Shown: positions 16,191-26,545 of the stretch, in pieces
Layout: every line of letters begins with the position of its first letter
Numbering within the stretch: the stretch's first letter is position 1
IMG/VR virus record: IMGVR_UViG_3300047355_000120
Strand: one strand, 5' to 3'
DNA: 64,000 nucleotides
From: an uncultured virus (IMG/VR IMGVR_UViG_3300047355_000120)
Taxonomy: Duplodnaviria > Heunggongvirae > Uroviricota > Caudoviricetes
The notes under the pieces: generated by a model
Seen by the model: only the letters and a program-made list of their open reading frames with translations
What the model was told of the DNA's origin: nothing
The model's database searches: none
Translations under genes and position numbers: made by a program

Positions 16191-16574
16191 TTATTTTTTA
16201 CTTTTTAATAATACTTCTCCAGATGGTCTTTTATCAGGATTGTCTCTTGGAACAATTTTGTTATTGTTATTGTTGTTGTTATTGTTATTGCTTGAAGATC
16301 CATTAGATCCTTTACTAGGAGCATATATAGGTCTATTATTATAGTAACTTGGTTGATAATAATTATTATACCAGCCACCATAATATCTATTAGGATATGA
16401 TATAACGTTATAATAAACGTTTGGTTTAATCATATTAATAGGTAACCTTAGCGTATCACCTTGTTCTGTGACGGCTAAGACATGCGTAATTTTTATTTTA
16501 GGTTTAACGTGTGTTCCACAACTAGCAGCAGCCAGCATAGCCATCACACAAAGGGCAATTTTCCATAATTTCAT
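16191..16574 (-). CDS. lipoprotein with Tyr/Asn-rich low-complexity tail
   Basis: Lipobox AASC after hydrophobic leader; poly-Asn tract. Confidence 0.7.
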   Translation of the reverse strand: MKLWKIALCVMAMLAAASCGTHVKPKIKITHVLAVTEQGDTLRLPINMIKPNVYYNVISYPNRYYGGWYNNYYQPSYYNNRPIYAPSKGSNGSSSNNNNNNNNNNKIVPRDNPDKRPSGEVLLKSKK

Positions 16575-16693
16575 TTTTTCTTTTTAGATTTAGGTACACA
16601 ATTAGGTACTCTTCTGTTTCCTTTTTTCTTCATGCCGATCATTTCGTAACCAGTCCAGCATGGTCCTTTTTTTCCTTTTTTCTTTTTTTTCAT
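16571..16693 (-). CDS. small basic CWxGY...VPNCVP protein (40 aa), not in ORF track
   Basis: MKKKKKGKKGPCWTGYEMIGMKKKGNRRVPNCVPKSKKKK; overlaps both neighbours by 4 nt. Confidence 0.7.
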   Translation of the reverse strand: MKKKKKGKKGPCWTGYEMIGMKKKGNRRVPNCVPKSKKKK

Positions 16694-19600
16694 AGCTTTA
16701 ATTTTCCGGTTTTCTTTTTTGATTTTTTACTTTTAGGTTTTTTATATTTAGCATAAGGATCTAAACCTAAACTCCACTGATCCCATCCTAATGTTAAAGC
16801 TATAGTTTGCCAAGTTTCAGTTTGACTGTCTAACGCTACATCTAAGTTATTATATTTTTGAAATAATCTGTCTAACGGAATATTTGTTGTTGCTGACGTT
16901 AATTTACCTATAGCTAAATAAGCAGGGTTATCTAAACTTAACCCCATTTCCATTATTTCATCTTTATTATATTGATACGTTAATGCAGCAGATCTTAATT
17001 TATTTATTTTAGATGATATTGGAGGTGATAAACTTAAAGATTTTAATGCTGCAATTTCATAATCAGGTCTATTCTTTTTTGATTGTCTTACCGCTTCTAT
17101 TATAACATTTTTTACAGCAGCTGCTGCAGCACCACCAACACCTAAACCTCTTAAAAGTGAATCAGCCATACCGTTTCCGATACCTATAAGTTTGTCAGTT
17201 TCCTTTTTTTCTTTTTCATCTTCATCTTCTTCCCATATTAAAGCAAACAAAGCTTGCTGTAAAGCATTAAATGCAAAGTTTTGAACAGTACTATAATAGA
17301 CCAATTTAGACATGTTAGTTTTCCAATCACCTCTTTTATTTTTTAAATCTAAAAAAGCTTTTTTCATTAATCGAGAATATTGCATAGGTGTGTTAGCAAA
17401 AGCTAATATAACACGACCTAATGGTCCTGCTTGTTGTTGGCTAATTCTATCAGCTCTACTTGATTGCTGAGCTTCTTCAGTTAACTCTTGCCAGTCTAAT
17501 AAAGCTTTAGCTTTTGCATCAGCTTCTGACATACCTTGTTTTTTAAGAGCATTTATTCTGTTTCTTACCATACTTGCACCACCTATTGCAATAGCAAAAC
17601 TATCGGCAAGCTGTGTAGGTAAAAATCCTTTTGAAAGCAAATAACTTATAGCAGCTTTTGCCTTGTTTTTTGAACCTTTAACATAGTTAGCTATTTCACT
17701 AGCATTAACATCTGTTTTTAAACCAGATCGTCTTGATTTTAAAAAATCTGAGTTAAATAATTCTACAAAATCTGTCCAATATTGTTTTTGATTTAACAAT
17801 GTTTTAGCTACAGCAATTGGATTATTATCAGAAAAATTAATATAGTTTAATGCAGATATAGTTTGTAACACAGCAGATCTTGCATTAAAAAACATAATAG
17901 CACCAACTGAATTATTTATCCAATTCATAAAACTATTAACCAACCTATTAGTACCAAAGTTTCTATTAGTACCATTTTCCATACGGTACAACATATCCTC
18001 TAGTGCTTCTCTAAAATTACTACCGTATATACCTTCAATTTTATTTAAATTTTGTTCGCTAAAAATTTTATTTTTATTTTCAATCCATTGACTTAAAAAT
18101 TCTTTTCTTTTAAAATCTTTAGATTCTTGTTCAAGATCGCTTAAAATACTACCCGCATCCCAGTTATCTGTTGGTTGCACATAGCCATCTGGATTACCTG
18201 TTATAGAAGATATTTTTTTAGCATAATCTTTTATTCGTTCGTTTTTGTTAACAACATCAACTAATTTTTTAATATCATTTTTGTTAACTCCTGGAATATC
18301 ATAACCTGCTAAAGTCCACATATAAACTCTTATAGCGTCTTCATTTGTAAAACCTTTAAAAGTAGACTCTTTTTTTAACAGCTTATGGACATCTTTATAT
18401 TGATTTCTTACATCATTATATAAATTTCTAGTAGCATTTTGTGCTAAATTTAAAGCTTGCATTGCTTGGCCAAAGGGTTTTATTAAAGTTTTGTTAAAAA
18501 ACTCCATTTGTTTTTCACCTACTTTACCTTTGTCTAAAAACGAGTACAATAAACCTACAAAATCTTCAGCTGAAGGTGGTATAAAAAAAGTGTTTCTACC
18601 TATTTTAGCACCTAAAGCTTTTGATCTTTTTGGTGAATATATTTCATATATACCAACGCCTTTTGTTTGTTCTAGTATTTTATTAAATTCTCTACTCATA
18701 TCAGGTAAAGTACTTTCTCTAGCGTTTTCGTCAATTTCTACTTTAACATTAAAATCTTTTAACATTTTAGCAGCAAATTCTGATCTAGCAACCTCGTACA
18801 TTGTTTGATTTGTAAGCACACTATACGTATTTTTACCTATTTTAGGATCTAATAAAAATCTAAGATTTTTTAATCTGTTATTTCTACCACCTAGTTTATC
18901 TAATTTATCAGCTAATTTTTTTGGTATAAAAGATTGTTCAAAACCGTCTAATATACCTTGAATATCTTGATTAAATGTGTTATTAGCTATAGAATTTACT
19001 ATTGCCGATGTTAAATTAGATGCATCATAAACGTGTTCTCCTTTATAACCTTGTAAGTTTTTAGGAATATTTTGAGCACCATCAGTAAAATAAAAAGAAG
19101 TAAACGCTGCATAAGCCCTTGCTGAGAACACAGAGTTTGTTGTTAGTTGTAAATTTGTTATAACATCTTTAACAGCATCATCTCTAGTCATCTTACCATC
19201 TTTAACTTGTTTATCAACCCAGTCGTTCCAACTAGAATGCACAGCTTCCATTAATGCATGGCCTGCTTCTAATGCTTTTCTACCATCATTTCCAATAATT
19301 TTTCTTAATTTTGCAGCTTTTTCTTTCCCAGTTATGTTTTCATTAGCAATTTCAGAAGCAATATTTATTATGTGTCCAAGTTTATTAGCTGTTTTATTAG
19401 AAACCTCAAGATCACCTTTTATTTTATCAAACTTTTTCCATCTAGCTTTTGTTTCTGGGCTAGTAAATTCATCAAATTTATTATCTTTTATAGCTTGATT
19501 TATTTTATTTTCTTTAGTTTTTAAATTATCTTTATACGCTAAAGACCTAGCTCTATTTAATAAAAGTTTTTCTTTTGCAACACCATCTACTTCAACACCT

Positions 19601-22600
19601 TCAAAAGATTTTTGCAAAACAATAGATCCTTTAACTGATTTAGAATAAGCTATTTGTTCTTTTTCCGTTTGATTTGTAAAAAACATTAAACCTCTATCAC
19701 TACCATTATCTTTATATATTACTTTACTTATAATGTTAGAGTTAGCGTTTGAGTATTTTTGCGTAAGCAATGATTTAGGTAAATAGTTTAATACTTGATT
19801 AGCTACCTCAAAAGCTCTTTGTTGTCTTTTTAAATTAGTTAAAGTAACTCCATTTTCTGTTCTAGTAAGTTTATAATCACCGTCTTTTAAATATTTACTT
19901 AATACTTCATTTTTTTCAAAGTCTTTTTTAAGCCTAGCAAGATAACCATCGTTATTTATACCCTCAAGATTTATTTCTTTTTTTGCAAATTCATTAAAAG
20001 CTTGATCAAAAGCAGCAAACAATTCAACATTTTCTTGCATTGTTTCTACAGGACCTTGTAAAAGCTTTACTAAATCATCAGTTGACAAACCTTGACTATT
20101 AGCTATATCTACTAATTCAGAAGCTCTAGAATCATTATTAGGGTTATCTCTTTCAATCTGCTTAGCTATTATAGCTTGATAATTATCTTTAAGATCATTA
20201 TTCATTAACGATTGTATGCCTTCAAATCTTTGCCTAGCCTCTTTGTTATTCATTAACACATCCATTGTTTGATCAAAAGCAAGCTCAGCACCTAAGTTTT
20301 CTGCTAACTTATCTTTTCTTGTACCTTTTTTAGATCCTTTTATATCAAAAAATTCTAAAAATTGATCTTTTGTAGGCATTTTTTTAGCATACAAAGTTGG
20401 TCCTGTTTTTCTACCAGTATCTTTATTTAATTTGCCTTCAGCTATAGCTTTATCTACAGCTTTAGGTTTTAAATTTTTTTGTAATTCTTTAGTAAAAATT
20501 CTATTTTCAGGTTTAATTAACCTTTCCATTCTAACTAAAACACTTATTGGTAATTTTTGAACAATAGTTCTTCTAACTTGAGGATCAGATAAAAATCTTG
20601 TATAATTTTTTTTCGTACCCATTAAGTCTGCTAATGGTTTTTTTAATTCATTTGCAAAAGATTTTTCTAAATCTTTTCTAAAAGCTTTTTGATCTATTGA
20701 AGACAATCTAGTTCCTAACGTTTTAATAACAGCATTAACAACTTTTATTCTTTCTTTATCATTTAATTTTAATCTTTTTGCTAAATCTATTTGTGGTTTT
20801 TCTGGAGTTGTAGTTGATGTATTTTCTTCTGATGTATTAGTAGTAGTTCTGTCATCTATTTCTGAGGTAAATAAATTACCATCTTGACCTAAACTTTTTA
20901 ATATATTACCTAATCTACCTCCGCCAAATTTACCACCTCCATATAAAGCTTCTTTAATATATGCGCCGTATTCTCCTTTACTAGGATTATAAGTTTTGTT
21001 TAATCTAACTAAAACTTCTTCCTGAACAGCAGCTTTAAATTCTTCTCTTGTTATTCCTAGACCACTTTTAAATTTATCATTAACAAAATTGTTTACAACA
21101 CCTTGATTGTTTAAAAATAAATCATTTTTAATATCAATTGCTTGTTGATCAGTAGCTGTTTTTAAAGCTTCGGATAATTTTTTATTTTCTTCTACTATTG
21201 ATTCCCTTTCACCTGCTCCTTTTTTACCAGGACTTAAATTTGCATCTATTTTTATTCCAGCACCTAACTTTCCTTTAAAAAATGTTTTATTATAATTTTT
21301 TAAAAACTCAAACGCCTGTTCTCCTGTTTCTATTTTAGCAGCGTTAATGGTTTCATTACCCATGTTTAAGTTAAACTTAAAAAAATCATTTAAATCATTT
21401 GCTATTCTTTGCCAAAATGTTTTATCTTGTCTATTCCAATTTATATTTCCTAATGATATTTCATCACTAATACTTGTAAAAACTTCTTGGGCATAATTTG
21501 CTTTAGCTTGCTGTTTTTGTTTTTTAGTAGATTTTTTATCATTTAAAACTTTATCTCTTTTTTTAGCATAATTATTTAATCTACTTTTTATTTTACTTAC
21601 AACTCCTGCTGAAATATTTTTACCATCATTGTTGTTTTGCTCTTCTAAATATGTAGTAAGTTTTTCACCCATATTTATAACTTGCTCTTTAGTCATAGTT
21701 CTGTCTAGAACAGCGTGTAGAACTTCGTGAGCAACACTAACTGATGATGCGGCTCTACTATCGTCTATTAGTTGTAATGATGCGTTAGAGTTAATGTTTT
21801 CAGCACTAACAAAAATAGTTTGTTTTTTACCAGGCTCATATTTTGTTATATATGCCGATGTATTAGCTGATGCAAATTTATCTAATATTTTCTTTTTTTG
21901 ATTTTCAAATTCAGAAGGTAAATTTGTTGGATCTGTATTACTATCTAAAGTAATTAACTCTAAATTAGAATCAGGATCTAATGATTTTAAAAAATTAACA
22001 CCTCCTTCAAGAGAGCTTTTAGCATTTCTAACGTAGTCAGTCATTGTAGTAACTTTATCGTCAGATTTTAATTTGCCATTTTCTTTTAGATAATCTATTT
22101 CAGCATCAATAGCTTTTATTTTATCACCAGCTACTTTAACTAAAGCATCGTTACCTTGTATATATCTTTTTGTTGCTAACAAGTCGGCAACTCTTTGCTT
22201 AACACTTAATGAAGCTCTTTTACCTTTTAAAACCTCTTTAGTAGATTCAGCTATGTAACCGTTTTCTAATATTTGATTTTGTTCTTCTACTGTTATAGCA
22301 TTTCTTTTTATTAGACCATCAGTAAATTTTTTTAATTGCTCTACAGAATAACCACCATCAATAACAGAGTTTAAATTAGTTCTAAGATTGTCTGCCATTT
22401 TAACAGCTTGATCTGTCATATTAGCTCTAGCAATTTTTAAACCTAAGTTTGACGCGGTTCCAAATTGACCCCCAATCATTTCATCAAATATTTCTGTTAC
22501 TTTTATACCTTCACCTGATGATAATTGAGCAAGAAGTTCTCCACCTCCCTCAAACAAAGGTTCAACAACTGTTTGACTGACTAAACCTAAACCTATTTGT

Positions 22601-24561
22601 TTTGCTGTAGAAGCTAATGGCGCAACAAATGCACCTGCCATTTTAGCACCTAACACATTCATTATAGCTATAGGAACTCCTCTTTTAAAACCTAACTCAT
22701 TAGCTTTTTCTCTTATTTCAGGATTTCTTAATCCTTTAACTAATTCTTCAGCATTTTCCATATCAATTCCCGCTTCACTAAGAGTTTGGCCATATGCGTT
22801 ACCAACTTCCATACCTAATCCTGTTAAACCTTGCCATGTCATTAATCCATAACCTAAACCTGTAACAGCACCTGGTAGACCAGCCGATGCACCACCGATA
22901 GCGGCACCTCCACCAACAACAGGTATTATCATTTCAGTTCCTGTAGAAAAAAATTGACTTAAAGAATTACCTGTTAAACTTGCTAATATTTCTATAGGAT
23001 TAGTACCTAATATAGCTGTTTTTTCAGTTAAAGTTTCAGCGTTCATATAAGCCTCGTAAACTTCTGAATTTAATATACCGTTGTTTTTAGCATTTGTTAA
23101 TGCAATGTTTTCACTTACAGCAGCCATTTCTTCATCATTGTCTAAATCAGTAACACCTAAAACAATTTTATTATAAGCTCTATTATTTTTACCGTTTAAC
23201 CAACCTTTTATTGTTACGTTGATTGTGCTGAGTAAAGAATTGTTTTCATATTCACCTCTCATTTTAGAAACTGTACCATAGTCTAACATTAAATTTAAAC
23301 TATCTGAAGCCTCTTGAATTCTTGATATTTGTTTATTTAAAACTTGACTATCATTTAAAATCTTATTTAAAGGTGATGAATATTCTTGCAGATCGTTTAT
23401 TTCAAGACTAAGTTCGTATAATTTTTCTCTTTCTTCACTATTTTTAGGTTTATAATCAGATAAACTATTTATATCGCCTCCAGTTATATTTTTAATTTCT
23501 TTATTAAGTCTATCGAATTCTTTATTAACATTGTCAACGATTGTTTTACTACCTTTTAAATCTACTTTATATGCTTCCATCATTGCTTTATCTAATAAAC
23601 CAATGTCTTTTTCTAAAGCTCCTGAATCATTTTTTAATGTTTTTTGAGTTTCAAGAACATCTTCAGCAAATTCTAAATCTGCTATTTTTTTAATACGTTG
23701 ATACTCTTCGTTTCCTTTTAAATCTAAGTAACTAGAATTTTTATCTTCTAATTCTTTTTTAATTTTTTCAACTTTATATTTTTTTATTTTACCATCTTCA
23801 TCAAAGTAATCTGGGTAATTTTTTATATCTTCAGGAGTACCTTGATAGTTTTCATTAACAACTTTTCTATCTATACCACCAATATCTCTTCTTTGTTCAG
23901 AAACAGAGGTTCCACGCATTAATACATCATCAATAAACTTTAGATCTTTTTCATTTTTTTTAATGTTTTCATCAACATATCTTATTTTTTCAAAATCTAA
24001 ACCATTGTTTGCATAAACTATATCTTCATAAGCTCTTAAAAGTGCGTCCTCTCCAGTGTGTAACCTATCGTTAGCACCTGTATAACTACCGTCTTCGTTT
24101 TTAACAATATTTTTTTTAAAAGTTTTCCAGTTTAAATCTTTATTAGGATTTAGCAAAGGTTTATCAATTTTATAATCGTTAAGTTTATTTAATTCAACTT
24201 TTCTTTTTTCTAGTTCTTCTTTTTTTCTTTCAGATCTAAAAGCAAAGTCAACTAAACCGTCGTACTCCGCTCTCATATCTCTTAATTCTTTTTCATATTT
24301 TTTTGGATCTGTTTTATAAAGTTCATAATTTTTTTGAGCTGTATCCAAAGAAATGTTTTCCGAATCTGAACCCGTACTCTCGGGTGCTGCATTTACCTGA
24401 TCCACATCCGCACCCTGGGCTTGTGAACCGTTTGTCTTTCCCTCATTAGCAGTTTTAAATTCTTTAATTTTTGCTGTATACTGAGACTCTCTATCTTTAT
24501 CAGATAAATTATTATCTGCTAAAATACTATTTAAGATCTGTTTTTGTTCTTCTGTAAGCAT
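16690..24561 (-). CDS. giant (2623 aa) putative internal virion/ejection polyvalent protein
   Basis: Last of three helical genes after the tail genes; Gly/Ala hydrophobic region; HEVLH zincin motif. Confidence 0.7.
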   Translation of the reverse strand: MLTEEQKQILNSILADNNLSDKDRESQYTAKIKEFKTANEGKTNGSQAQGADVDQVNAAPESTGSDSENISLDTAQKNYELYKTDPKKYEKELRDMRAEYDGLVDFAFRSERKKEELEKRKVELNKLNDYKIDKPLLNPNKDLNWKTFKKNIVKNEDGSYTGANDRLHTGEDALLRAYEDIVYANNGLDFEKIRYVDENIKKNEKDLKFIDDVLMRGTSVSEQRRDIGGIDRKVVNENYQGTPEDIKNYPDYFDEDGKIKKYKVEKIKKELEDKNSSYLDLKGNEEYQRIKKIADLEFAEDVLETQKTLKNDSGALEKDIGLLDKAMMEAYKVDLKGSKTIVDNVNKEFDRLNKEIKNITGGDINSLSDYKPKNSEEREKLYELSLEINDLQEYSSPLNKILNDSQVLNKQISRIQEASDSLNLMLDYGTVSKMRGEYENNSLLSTINVTIKGWLNGKNNRAYNKIVLGVTDLDNDEEMAAVSENIALTNAKNNGILNSEVYEAYMNAETLTEKTAILGTNPIEILASLTGNSLSQFFSTGTEMIIPVVGGGAAIGGASAGLPGAVTGLGYGLMTWQGLTGLGMEVGNAYGQTLSEAGIDMENAEELVKGLRNPEIREKANELGFKRGVPIAIMNVLGAKMAGAFVAPLASTAKQIGLGLVSQTVVEPLFEGGGELLAQLSSGEGIKVTEIFDEMIGGQFGTASNLGLKIARANMTDQAVKMADNLRTNLNSVIDGGYSVEQLKKFTDGLIKRNAITVEEQNQILENGYIAESTKEVLKGKRASLSVKQRVADLLATKRYIQGNDALVKVAGDKIKAIDAEIDYLKENGKLKSDDKVTTMTDYVRNAKSSLEGGVNFLKSLDPDSNLELITLDSNTDPTNLPSEFENQKKKILDKFASANTSAYITKYEPGKKQTIFVSAENINSNASLQLIDDSRAASSVSVAHEVLHAVLDRTMTKEQVINMGEKLTTYLEEQNNNDGKNISAGVVSKIKSRLNNYAKKRDKVLNDKKSTKKQKQQAKANYAQEVFTSISDEISLGNINWNRQDKTFWQRIANDLNDFFKFNLNMGNETINAAKIETGEQAFEFLKNYNKTFFKGKLGAGIKIDANLSPGKKGAGERESIVEENKKLSEALKTATDQQAIDIKNDLFLNNQGVVNNFVNDKFKSGLGITREEFKAAVQEEVLVRLNKTYNPSKGEYGAYIKEALYGGGKFGGGRLGNILKSLGQDGNLFTSEIDDRTTTNTSEENTSTTTPEKPQIDLAKRLKLNDKERIKVVNAVIKTLGTRLSSIDQKAFRKDLEKSFANELKKPLADLMGTKKNYTRFLSDPQVRRTIVQKLPISVLVRMERLIKPENRIFTKELQKNLKPKAVDKAIAEGKLNKDTGRKTGPTLYAKKMPTKDQFLEFFDIKGSKKGTRKDKLAENLGAELAFDQTMDVLMNNKEARQRFEGIQSLMNNDLKDNYQAIIAKQIERDNPNNDSRASELVDIANSQGLSTDDLVKLLQGPVETMQENVELFAAFDQAFNEFAKKEINLEGINNDGYLARLKKDFEKNEVLSKYLKDGDYKLTRTENGVTLTNLKRQQRAFEVANQVLNYLPKSLLTQKYSNANSNIISKVIYKDNGSDRGLMFFTNQTEKEQIAYSKSVKGSIVLQKSFEGVEVDGVAKEKLLLNRARSLAYKDNLKTKENKINQAIKDNKFDEFTSPETKARWKKFDKIKGDLEVSNKTANKLGHIINIASEIANENITGKEKAAKLRKIIGNDGRKALEAGHALMEAVHSSWNDWVDKQVKDGKMTRDDAVKDVITNLQLTTNSVFSARAYAAFTSFYFTDGAQNIPKNLQGYKGEHVYDASNLTSAIVNSIANNTFNQDIQGILDGFEQSFIPKKLADKLDKLGGRNNRLKNLRFLLDPKIGKNTYSVLTNQTMYEVARSEFAAKMLKDFNVKVEIDENARESTLPDMSREFNKILEQTKGVGIYEIYSPKRSKALGAKIGRNTFFIPPSAEDFVGLLYSFLDKGKVGEKQMEFFNKTLIKPFGQAMQALNLAQNATRNLYNDVRNQYKDVHKLLKKESTFKGFTNEDAIRVYMWTLAGYDIPGVNKNDIKKLVDVVNKNERIKDYAKKISSITGNPDGYVQPTDNWDAGSILSDLEQESKDFKRKEFLSQWIENKNKIFSEQNLNKIEGIYGSNFREALEDMLYRMENGTNRNFGTNRLVNSFMNWINNSVGAIMFFNARSAVLQTISALNYINFSDNNPIAVAKTLLNQKQYWTDFVELFNSDFLKSRRSGLKTDVNASEIANYVKGSKNKAKAAISYLLSKGFLPTQLADSFAIAIGGASMVRNRINALKKQGMSEADAKAKALLDWQELTEEAQQSSRADRISQQQAGPLGRVILAFANTPMQYSRLMKKAFLDLKNKRGDWKTNMSKLVYYSTVQNFAFNALQQALFALIWEEDEDEKEKKETDKLIGIGNGMADSLLRGLGVGGAAAAAVKNVIIEAVRQSKKNRPDYEIAALKSLSLSPPISSKINKLRSAALTYQYNKDEIMEMGLSLDNPAYLAIGKLTSATTNIPLDRLFQKYNNLDVALDSQTETWQTIALTLGWDQWSLGLDPYAKYKKPKSKKSKKKTGKLKL
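24382..24442 (-). promoter_or_regulatory. putative -1 programmed ribosomal frameshift element
   Basis: In-frame G_GGA_AAG, 6-nt spacer, stems GGTTCAC/GTGGATC and GGGTGC/GCACCC forming an H-type pseudoknot. Confidence 0.6.
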
Positions 24562-24576
24562 GTTTATAAAATTTAA

Positions 24577-26526
24577 TTATCTTCTTGACTCTCTTTCTTC
24601 TTCTAACTCTTTTAATATTCTTTCATTGTCTTGGATCATAGCTTTATATGTTGGATTTTTTATAAGTCTTTTATATTTAGCAATATCTTTGTCTAATTCT
24701 TTTATACTAGATTTAGCTGCTATGCTTCCAACCCTAAAATCTTTTTGTTCTCCACCATCTTTAAAGAAATTAGTTATTTCTGACTCTAATTGCTCTTTAC
24801 TTATTCTACCTGTATTAGTGCCTGGAAGTCTAGTTAACGCGGCATCTTCATCTTTAGACATATCAACCTTTTGAACAAAAACTGGGTTTTCACCATTCTC
24901 TTTAAGTTTTTCAAGTTTTTCCGCACTTTCGGTTTCTGTGTTGTCTGTGTAATACTTAATAGCTTGATCAATGTTTAAAGCTTTATAACCATCTGGTTTT
25001 CTTTTATTAATAACTTTAACAACTTCTGAAGAACTTAATGAAGTTCCTGGAACAGAATTTATGTCGCTTATTATAGGAGCGAATTGATTAGGTGGTTTAT
25101 TTTCTTCTTTTTCAATACCATAGTATCTTTCCCAGTCAGTACCAGGTATTAGGCTAGGTTCATCATACGCACCCGCTAAAGCTAATGCTTTGGATTTCAT
25201 CCATCTTTTAATAGACTCTTCACTTTCACTAGTAAATATATTATCACCTGTTTTATCTTTGTTTAACTCTGGAATTTGTAATTCAACTAAACTACGTTCT
25301 ATTTTTATCTTACCATTACTGTCTCTTAAATCTTTAGATTCAGTTATTAACATACCATCACTATCTACAAAGGCATTATAATAAAGTTTACGATCTTTCA
25401 TTATAACGTCACCTTTTTTAAGTTCAGACATAATAGAATTAGTTAAAGTAACGTTACCGCCTTTTAATGTAGATAAATTATGATATTGCTGATCAACAGC
25501 ATTTTGTGCTATAGGATTTAAACGGCTAATTAGATTAAAAGTTGCTTCACCAGTTTCTAATTCTCCTTGTCTTGTAGGGTCTGGTTGATAAACTCTTTGT
25601 GGATCAGATTTATAACTAGGATTTATTGTATTACCTTCAGAGAAAGGTGTGTTAGAGCCGTCTGTATTTTCAGGATCATTAGTATTTGTATTATAAACAT
25701 CAAGTAATAAATTATTTATATTAGCATCTGTAGATAACAATGGACTGTTATAAGGGTTTGTAGGGTTTGCGTAGTCTTTAGCAGCGTTTGTTAAGTTTAT
25801 AAAATATGAATCAGAAAAGCTAGGTGGACCGTCCTCTCCATACTCACCATACATAGGTACGTCACCAAGATAACCAGCTTCTTTTTTATTTATTTCTTTA
25901 ATGCTTTCGCCTTTTGCTTGCATTCCTAACTCTAATCTACCTGTAGCATTGTTTTTATTTATACTATATGTTAATTCACCTGGCAATGTTTTAGCGCCTA
26001 TATATGTAGCTGCTTTAAAAAAAGCATTAGTATCACCAGCTGCTTTTCCATTTGCATAAGCTTCAGAAGCTTCTCCAAATAAAGCATTTACATTTTCTAA
26101 AATACTAGGTAGTTCTCCAGATAAAATTTCAAAATTTTGTATAGTTTTTAAATCTTCTTCTTTACCTTCGTAATTTTTTCTTCTATAGTTTTTCTTATTT
26201 CTTTTTAAAGCATCTCCATACTCTTTTAATTCTAAAGACATAGCTTCTTTTAAAGAATCTATATTTGCTCCTTTTAAACCTTTTTCTTCAATAGATGCGT
26301 CTTGTGATATAGTTTCTTTAGTTATAAGTTCATCAACCTTGTTGTCAATTATATTATTAGTTTCTAATATTTTATTATATTTTTCTACACCTTTAGCTTT
26401 TGTTTTAGCCGCGCTAAGCATACCCTTAGCAATAGCGCTTCCTACATTTGCAGCTGCTTTACCTAACAACTGACCTGTTACTGTATCGACGCCTACATTT
26501 ACATTTGGATTATCATATGCTCCCAT
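24577..26526 (-). CDS. putative internal virion/ejection protein (649 aa)
   Basis: Synteny; amphipathic Gly/Ala N-terminus. Confidence 0.55.
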   Translation of the reverse strand: MGAYDNPNVNVGVDTVTGQLLGKAAANVGSAIAKGMLSAAKTKAKGVEKYNKILETNNIIDNKVDELITKETISQDASIEEKGLKGANIDSLKEAMSLELKEYGDALKRNKKNYRRKNYEGKEEDLKTIQNFEILSGELPSILENVNALFGEASEAYANGKAAGDTNAFFKAATYIGAKTLPGELTYSINKNNATGRLELGMQAKGESIKEINKKEAGYLGDVPMYGEYGEDGPPSFSDSYFINLTNAAKDYANPTNPYNSPLLSTDANINNLLLDVYNTNTNDPENTDGSNTPFSEGNTINPSYKSDPQRVYQPDPTRQGELETGEATFNLISRLNPIAQNAVDQQYHNLSTLKGGNVTLTNSIMSELKKGDVIMKDRKLYYNAFVDSDGMLITESKDLRDSNGKIKIERSLVELQIPELNKDKTGDNIFTSESEESIKRWMKSKALALAGAYDEPSLIPGTDWERYYGIEKEENKPPNQFAPIISDINSVPGTSLSSSEVVKVINKRKPDGYKALNIDQAIKYYTDNTETESAEKLEKLKENGENPVFVQKVDMSKDEDAALTRLPGTNTGRISKEQLESEITNFFKDGGEQKDFRVGSIAAKSSIKELDKDIAKYKRLIKNPTYKAMIQDNERILKELEEERESRR

Positions 26527-26545
26527 AATTTATTTTTATTTATTT

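Noticed and set aside
16690..24561. crAss-like virion RNA polymerase
   Set aside because: No DxDxD (DFDGD/DFDID) catalytic motif found in the translation
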